A stretch of 64,000 nucleotides of DNA from Eledone cirrhosa (lineage: Eukaryota), in the NCBI GenBank assembly GCA_964016885.1, contig OZ024742.1, positions 131,998,001 through 132,062,000 of the forward strand, read 5' to 3'. Made by a program: the position numbers and the translations under genes. Numbering within the stretch: position 1 is the first letter of the stretch; each line of letters starts with the position of its first letter. This document shows, piece after piece, positions 55,814 to 64,000 of the stretch. The notes beneath the pieces are model-generated. The model saw only the letters and a program-made list of their open reading frames with translations. It had not been told where the DNA came from and made no database searches.

Positions 55814-55855
<42 letters not shown>

Positions 55856-55882
55856 TATATATTTATTAAAATAACAGATTAA

Positions 55883-55933
55883 AGTTTAAGCAAAGAATCG
55901 CTGCTTTCACCCTTAACGGGATCTTCTGAAACT
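55883..55933 (-). ncRNA. Hammerhead variant with CAGAAGA core
   Basis: agttt-CAGAAGA-t ccc gttaa ggg t-GAAA-gca gcgattctt tgc-TT-aaact; same at 42192-42242. Confidence 0.6.
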
Positions 55934-56860
55934 AACAAAGTCAATCTGTAACCGCAGAACTGGATATTTCAAAAAAAGTTGCAACCGGAGGAAGACAGGA
56001 AGACGATACTTTGGTTCGTAGAAACGTTCTCTGGCAAAGAACGGGAAAAAACGAATAATACGTAATTAATAGGAGCGGTGAAAAACAATTACACGCAAAG
56101 ACAGAACCACGTTTATGGTATAAAAGAGGTCGTAGACTAATGTTCTGTTAAGTGGTGCATAGAGACGTTCTCTGGCAATGAACGAAAAAACGAAGATAAT
56201 AAGTCATATGTGGAGTGTGGAGAACAATAGCACGCAAAGACAAAACCACGTAAATGGTATAGCAGAAGTTGTAGACTAAAATTCTAACTAGGAGACCAAA
56301 TGAATCTCCGCTACAGAGTTAAGAACAAAGTAAATAAATACAGTACAGAAGTAATAGAAACAAATAAATACATACACGCAAACAGATAGTACATACACAA
56401 GCATACGCAAAACCTTACCATAGGTATACAAAACCACGCACATATAAATATGTGTGTGTGTGTATGCTTGTGTACAAATAAATAAATAATTATATAAACG
56501 TATATAAGTAAATAAATACGTATATAACAAGCGCACACACATACCTACAAATAAATACACGAATGTTCGGAGACGTAGGTCAACTAAAACAAGAAGTACA
56601 CATATACACACACCCACCATACGTACGAACCTGCATACTCACGCAGACGCATAACTCCCGTATACACATAGCCAAACCCTAAATACCAGAATATGTAAAA
56701 ATTATACGCCATAACAGTCAAATATACGTACGAGAAGGTATACATACCTTCACAAAACATACGGGTAATATATACCTACCTATGCAAATAAGTAAAGGAA
56801 TAAACAAAACATATATTTAGCTCCCACATCGAGACGTAAAATATCCACGTATAGATCGTG

Positions 56861-58162
56861 CTATCCGTTAGGGTATAACGTGGGGCTGTAATACAGGAAA
56901 GGTTTGTGCAATTTATGTTTACAAGCCGAAATTGCCTCAGATTTTTTGTTTAAGATGTGGTCTGTGGCGTAGAGTATTTCCAGGGCCTCAGCGGCGCAGA
57001 GGTCACATGGTCTTTTATTTCCGTTATACGATCTAGCGCTAGCTAGGATCTCCCAGTGTAACTTATATTGGGTGTGGTTATCTTTTAGACTCCAGATATA
57101 AGCTGAAAGTGACGTCATATTCCTTCTTAGAGGGTAACGAAAAGAATGGGTATGCATGTAAAGACGCTGCTTGAAACTATTGGCGGTTAACCCTATGTAG
57201 GCCCTACGGGACGTGGGTGTTACAACCTTACATTTGTAGACAATGTTACTAGAGAGGCATTTCCCGGATAGGGGGCAATCAGCCCGATTCCTACAATTAA
57301 AGTTAGTACTAACTACAGGGTTGCACGTGTTCCTACGGCTAGGTAGTTTAGCTAAATTTGAAGCTGTGATGTTATGTGCAAGGTTAGGAGTCGTAGAGTA
57401 AGAAATTTTAATAGTATTTCTATTAAACATTTTAGTATATTTATGTGTAGGGGGAACATGCTTCGTAATAAGGGAAAGAAAGATCTTAGCTAATGGTGTG
57501 GCCACCTCCATATTATATGGTGGGTTAAACCAACAAATGCGACGGGATCTATTTCTTCTAGGTCTATTTTCGTACTCTGTATATGCTACCTTATCGACAA
57601 ATCCACTTCGAGCAAGAGCTTCATTGTAATAAGTGGAATGGTCGTTGAAAATGCGCTCGTTGGTGGAAAGACGGGAAAGCCTCAACGAAACGTTTTTTAC
57701 CAGGTTCTTGGTTATGCTGGCAGGATGGTTGGAATGCATACTTATGTAATTAAGCGTATCATTCGGCTTTCTATACGGGTAATACAACCCATTCAATAAA
57801 TTGAGGGTAACGTCGAGGTAATTAACGACCGAGAGATTGGCCTCAACCTGTATAGAGAGGTTGAAGCCTTTAAAGAAGGCTGTGAGTTCTTTTCTGAACC
57901 TGTCGCAAGCACGAGGTCCGCACTTAGTCATGGTCAAAAGACCATCGTCACGGTACAAACCACCGCCCGCGTTGGGGAATTCGTCCTTGATAGAGAAAAG
58001 AAGGAAAAGGCCAATAAGATCAGTAACCTCCGCAGAGTCACTGGCGCCCATACTCACGTTGAATGGGGTACTATTGGATTTTTTAATCCAAATAGAGTCG
58101 TCGAAATTAATCACCGACTTTCGGGCATTAAGGATGACATCAACTTCGAAATCCTTAACCAC
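56861..58162 (-). CDS. Truncated PLE RT (C-terminal part) + GIY-YIG, 433 codons, no true start
   Basis: [40 protein letters not shown]...[30 protein letters not shown]. Confidence 0.9.
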   Translation of the reverse strand: MVKDFEVDVILNARKSVINFDDSIWIKKSNSTPFNVSMGASDSAEVTDLIGLFLLFSIKDEFPNAGGGLYRDDGLLTMTKCGPRACDRFRKELTAFFKGFNLSIQVEANLSVVNYLDVTLNLLNGLYYPYRKPNDTLNYISMHSNHPASITKNLVKNVSLRLSRLSTNERIFNDHSTYYNEALARSGFVDKVAYTEYENRPRRNRSRRICWFNPPYNMEVATPLAKIFLSLITKHVPPTHKYTKMFNRNTIKISYSTTPNLAHNITASNLAKLPSRRNTCNPVVSTNFNCRNRADCPLSGKCLSSNIVYKCKVVTPTSRRAYIGLTANSFKQRLYMHTHSFRYPLRRNMTSLSAYIWSLKDNHTQYKLHWEILASARSYNGNKRPCDLCAAEALEILYATDHILNKKSEAISACKHKLHKPFLYYSPTLYPNG

Positions 58163-58453
58163 TGGGTGAAACTTAAGGGTGAAAGCAGCGATTCTTTGCT
58201 TAAACTTTATTCTGTTATTTTAATAAATATTTGCTCTACGGTTCTTATATATTTCATATATATTTTCCTTATCGAGCCCTCTTTGGATTTTAGACTTCAA
58301 TTTTATTATTATTACTATATATATTCATATATATATTTATACATATATATATATATATTCATATATATATTTATATATATATATTCATATATATATATTT
58401 ATATATATATATATTTATATATATATTCATATATATATTTATATATATATATA

Positions 58454-58532
<79 letters not shown>

Positions 58533-58553
58533 TCATATATATATTTATATATA

Positions 58554-58598
<45 letters not shown>

Positions 58599-58619
58599 TC
58601 ATATATATATTTATATATA

Positions 58620-58687
<68 letters not shown>

Positions 58688-59189
58688 ATTTTATATCGGT
58701 TTTATTTTACATATTTTTATTCCGTAAAAAGGAATGCGTGTGAAGCTCCAACGTATTTGATTTACTTGGGGCAGAATATAACACATTTTCAATCAATAAA
58801 ACGTTTTCATGTAAGGGGAATTATTCCTAACTTTATATGTGTGTGTGTATATATATATATATACGTTTAGATTTATATATATATATATTTATGCGTTTGG
58901 ATTTATGGCTTTCAATGCGGCCAACCAATGAAAATTGTGAATCATCTCTGATAAATGTGAGTGTTCTATTACTTATAGGTGAAGATACATGCAACGATAC
59001 ATTAGCCCTTAAGGTCTATTATAAATACGTTAGATCTTCATATAAGATGCCTTTTTCTGTGGAAAATATATAAGCTACAACCTATTACACATATATAAGC
59101 ACATTCACTGACATACACTCACATTCATACGCACACATATACTATTTGCATATGTATATATGAAAATATTTGTATATATAAATGATGTA

Positions 59190-59232
<43 letters not shown>

Positions 59233-59700
59233 TGTGTGTCTGCGGGTGTGTGTGTGTGATGCATTGATTTGTGCAACGTGATATAAATTGTCTTATTCAA
59301 GTTCACAACTCGCTGACAAGATTCGAACTAACGGTCTTACGATTCTGTATAAAAGACTCAATACCCAGTAAGCTACGTTTCAATACGTGCTATTAGACGA
59401 ACGTTAATAGATATTTCAGAATGAAGTTTCCATAGAATGCTATCTTGATATTTGCGTCATAAACGGAGAGACAAACAGACAAATATTTATTTCGGATGTT
59501 CCGTAGTTGGGTTTTAAATTATTCCCGAAGATTTCCCATTTAATTGAGAGATATTAGTAAATAGTATACACGCGCTTAATTATATTTCTTTCACTCACAC
59601 ATATATCTATCTATGTATTTATACATGTATAAAACATCGAATTTTTAACTGCATCACAGCATCAGAATCAGAATTATATATATATGTATATATGTGAAAT

Positions 59701-59917
59701 TAATTGTTTCTACATTTGGCACAAGGCCACCAAATTACCCAGTGCATTACTGGTACTTTATTTTATCGACCCCGTAAGGATGAAAGGCAAAGTCAACCTC
59801 GGCGGGATTTGAACTCAGATCGTAAAGGGACGTAACTCTGCTGGAAAGCATGGCGTCCGACCCTCTACCGATACTGCCAATCCACCACCATATGGTGGTG
59901 GATTGGCAGTATCGGTA
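59701..59917 (-). mobile_element. SINE family 1 with a palindromic duplication of its 5' end
   Basis: Full SINE to ~59890; perfect palindrome 59866-59917; direct repeat tatatgtgaaattaat on both sides. Confidence 0.9.
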
Positions 59918-59984
59918 TATATGTGAAATTAATAAACATTCGTTGTACTGCCTCTCTGTTTTGTCCCTGTTCAAATTTTTCCAT

Positions 59985-60024
<40 letters not shown>

Positions 60025-60168
60025 CGACAGCCAGATGCGTTCGAATCTAGCTGTCGAAATAGCCAGAGCTCAGCCGTCGGGGATCTACCTTTTTTACTGT
60101 ATATATATATATATGATATGCATATAAATTCATGTAGCTGCATCTCTTTCCCTCACCCACCCTCTCTT

Positions 60169-60219
<51 letters not shown>

Positions 60220-61497
60220 ATATATATATATATATATATATAGCTATCTGTCTCTCTCTCTTTGTATTTCTGTGTACGTTTCAATATGTATATATGCTCT
60301 CCATATTATTTACAGTCACTATTATGCTTCGGTGAACATGTTAATGTAATTTCGATACAAACCAGCCTGATAAGTGATAATTTAATAATATTTCCTGCAG
60401 CCCGTATTATCACTTTCAGTTCATTTCAATTATTTCTGATTTATTGCTCAGTTGAGGGTAAACCTAATTGATAATTTCTAATGTTATCATAACTTATTAT
60501 TCATATATTTCAACATACGTAGAACTATCTTTCTGTCGCCAGGTGCTTAAGATCAAGTGGTCTTCATTTTAGGGATACATGCATACATACACATACACAC
60601 ACATGTGTCTGTATGCGTGTGTACGGGTCGTATTTGTGTATATTAGTTTATTATGCTTTGGGTTTGGACGGGTGATTTTACTTGTCTAGTTAACGTGCTT
60701 GGCTTAATGATTAGTTATCTATAATTTGATAGGGTGTCGCGACGTTTTTGCTCAAAATATTGTATTTCACGCTGGTCATTCTGTCAGTGTTTGTGACCGG
60801 CAGAAAGTATCGGCAACGAAAAGATAAATGGAATACCATGTTCTTTGTCCTATCTGACAATCTGACCTTTTGAATTCCTTTTGATTTTACAAACTCCAAT
60901 TTTATAAATCAGGTAAATTACCTTTTTACGCTTTCTTCGGCTGGCACTTCTACCATAGCCTTTTGCACACCAAAACACTATATTTGTAATTTCGTATAAT
61001 GACAATTGTAAGCCGGACTTATAATTATATAAGCAATACATATCAATCATCTTCCATTTATCTCATCTTTCCCCACATTCCACTATTCTCACCTTATTTT
61101 TCGTAGAAGTACGTTACGCCATTCCTCATTACTAATTTTATTCACTTCTTCCGCGGGTCAACATCATAACTTTACTTTGTATAACACCCGTCATAGTGTT
61201 AATTACATATGCAAATGAGTTTCATTAGCTCATAAACATAAGCAGAAATCTTTAAGATTCTGGCTTATTTAAACCTCAGCGAAAGTAAGGAGATAGGTAG
61301 TCTTGATAGAGGCGAGAAGCGAGGCAGTGTCGATTAATTCACCCTGCTTCAGCTGAGGCGAGGTGTGTGACGTTATTCACATCCTTTAACATTTATAGTT
61401 AAAGGCCTTCAAATAATTTTCATAAACATCCCATATATTATTCAATATACAATACGTACATTTATATGTATACCACTACGTAGGAGCACCAACACAA

Positions 61498-61605
<108 letters not shown>

Positions 61606-61607
61606 CT

Positions 61608-62265
61608 GTGTACATATAAAGATATATAAGTGCCAGAAGAAAGTTTCACTAATTTGATGCCTCTTGTAGTCTGGAGGTATGGTCAAACATGGGCATTGAA
61701 ACCCTGTATAGTAACTTTGTTCCGTGTATGAACATAAATAAATAATATAATTGTTTCGACTTTAGGCACAATGCCAGCAAATAAAGTACATTACTGGTAC
61801 TTTATTTTATCGACCCCGTAAGGATGAAAGGCAAAGTTAACCTCGGCGGGATTTGAACTCAAATCGTAAAGGGACGTAACTATGCTAGAAAGCATGGCGT
61901 CCAACCCTCTAGCGATACTGCCAATTCACCAAATAATATAATATACCTGCTTCCTTCCCGATTGAGCAATTTTCCTTTTCCCCTTTCAAACCTATGGATA
62001 TTGCTACATACACACACACGTATATATATATGTATATATACAGTAGCGGACAGGGTTAAAAAATATTGGTTGCTTCGAGATTAAGGGGGCCCTCCTACAT
62101 ATAGAATGCTCTCATTAATTTTTATAATGAATAAATAATATAAAAAAAAAAATACATAAGTGCAAACAAAACAGCGCAAAAATATCTTACACTATCCAAT
62201 AGAAAATATGTATTTTGCAAAATCCAGAGACTTTCAATATTGACCATTGGTCTTTGACACTCATT

Positions 62266-62323
<58 letters not shown>

Positions 62324-62407
62324 ATAATAATAAATGTAAAGATTCTGTTAAGGGTGAAAGCAGCAATTCTTTGCTTAAACTTTAATCTGTTGTTTTAATA
62401 TATATAC

Positions 62408-62495
<88 letters not shown>

Positions 62496-62697
62496 CAAAG
62501 AAAGTGTGGTAAGGAACCAGGTTGGCCATAACGTACCACAGTACTCGATACTCAGGGTAGTAGAGTGGGTAATAGGAAAAGAGTCAGGACCCCGAATGCT
62601 GAGCTCCGGCCGTTTCCACAATTAGATCCTTTCGGATCTAACTTTGGAAACGGCCGGAATTTAGCCATCCGGGGGGATGGGGGTGCTGGACTCTTTT

Positions 62698-62751
<54 letters not shown>

Positions 62752-63222
62752 TTTGTGTTTGTGTGGTAATTCTGGTCTGAAGTTTGATCCAAGTTGGATC
62801 TAGGGTTCCCGGTAAAACCTTTTAGTTTTTTTTCTATGCGATGTAAAATCAAAACTGAAAAAGATTACATGTACCTTTCGAGCAGGGTTGAGCCCAAAAC
62901 GTGGATCTCCACCCTCAATAGGACCTACAGCCAATCCACTGAATCATTTACGTAAACCAACCGAAAATTCATACTTAGGAACTTACTTTCAAAACTTTCA
63001 AAACAAAATGTTATGGTGTCTTTCATGTCTTTCTTAATGTTATTGTTCCTACAGTATATTTCTAAATCATAAGGGAGCTACTACAATCACATTTTGTTCC
63101 TCTTCTATCAAGACTATAGTTTAAGCTGTAATCGATGTTTCCTTTCTATTGCACCTCATTTCTCCACCCCTCTCTCTTTCTATTTGTGATATTTGAATCT
63201 ACTATGACTTGGGATTACGTTA

Positions 63223-63300
<78 letters not shown>

Positions 63301-63962
63301 TGTGTGTACATATAAAGATATATAAGTGCCAGAAGAAAGTTTCACTAATTTGATGCCTCTTGTAGTCTGGAGGTATGGTCAAACGTGGGCATTGAAACCC
63401 TGTATAGTAACTTTGTTCCGTGTATGAACATAAATAAATAATATAATTGTTTCGACTTTAGGCACAATGCCAGCAAATAAAGTACATTACTGGTACTTTA
63501 TTTTATCGACCCCGTAAGGATGAAAGGCAAAGTTAACCTCGGCGGGATTTGAACTCAAATCGTAAAGGGACGTAACTATGCTAGAAAGCATGGCGTCCAA
63601 CCCTCTAGCGATACTGCCAATTCACCAAATAATATAATATACCTGCTTCCTTCCCGATTGAGCAATTTTCCTTTTCCCCTTTCAAACCTATGGATATTGC
63701 TACATACACACACACGTATATATATATGTATATATACAGTAGCGGACAGGGTTAACAAATATTGGTTGCTTCGAGATTAAGGGGGCCCTCCTACATATAG
63801 AATGCTCTCATTAATTTTTATAATGAATAAATAATATAAAAAAAAAAAATACATAAGTGCAAACAAAACAGCGCAAAAATATCTTACACTATCCAATAGA
63901 AAATATGTATTTTGCAAAATCCAGAGACTTTCAATATTGACCATTGGTCTTTGACACTCATT

Positions 63963-63967
<5 letters not shown>
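61608..63967. repeat. Near-identical ~660-bp direct duplication (61608-62270 and 63304-63967), each with a family 1 SINE
   Basis: Period 1696-1697 bp with very few differences; SINEs at ~61749-61930 and ~63445-63626. Confidence 0.92.
62494..62702. mobile_element. Family Y-related fold-back insertion
   Basis: Imperfect hairpin centred on ttagatcc tttc ggatctaa; tail homologous to 49751-49860. Confidence 0.75.

Positions 63968-64000
<33 letters not shown>

Larger units (their letters stand above)
55859..58300 (-). mobile_element. 5'-truncated Naiad-like PLE with inverted partial pLTR
   Basis: 58173-58230 is the reverse complement of 55859-55916. (TA)n on both sides. A further pLTR fragment lies at ~62347-62400. 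Confidence 0.9.

Noticed and set aside
56700-58162. Selenocysteine recoding, known in some Naiad PLEs
   Set aside because: No in-frame TGA in the retained part and no evident SECIS after the stop. The missing 5' part cannot be assessed.
51580-58169. Antisense ORFs 51580-52119, 52734-53165, 54069-54305, 54369-54608 and 57837-58169
   Set aside because: Shadows of the PLE ORFs with no independent motifs.
62750-62945. Possible minus-strand exons (GLAVGPIEGGDPRFGLNPARK)
   Set aside because: Splice signals are weak and the peptide is unrecognised.

Overview
AT-rich, microsatellite-saturated eukaryotic DNA, probably octopus/cephalopod (inferred from the tRNA-derived SINE family and the (TA)n/(CA)n/(TAA)n density; not verified). 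No host gene is confidently identified, and most ORF-track entries are microsatellite translations. The window is mainly retroelements: R4/Dong-like and Tx1/L1-like LINE remnants, an RTE fragment, about a dozen SINEs, and many Penelope-like element (PLE) sequences. These include an apparently intact Neptune-type PLE (50984-55770), Naiad-like and Nematis-like truncated copies, and many non-coding derivatives. Reading by eye, I find more than 20 type I hammerhead ribozyme (HHR) motifs, intact or degenerate. They lie in PLE pseudo-LTRs (pLTRs), in non-coding tandem units of about 440-1000 bp (retrozyme-like), and in fold-back insertions inside (TA)n tracts. Main candidates: (1) two homologous retrozyme-like families sharing an octamer/TATA-like/HHR layout; (2) a retrozyme copy fused to the intact PLE two bases before its own cleavage site, suggesting PLE reverse transcriptase (RT) template switching; (3) an in-frame U-UUU-UUA -1 slippery site joining PLE ORF1 to RT-GIY-YIG; (4) HHRs with long branched stem II inserts. 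Coordinates were counted by hand, and ends of degraded elements are approximate.
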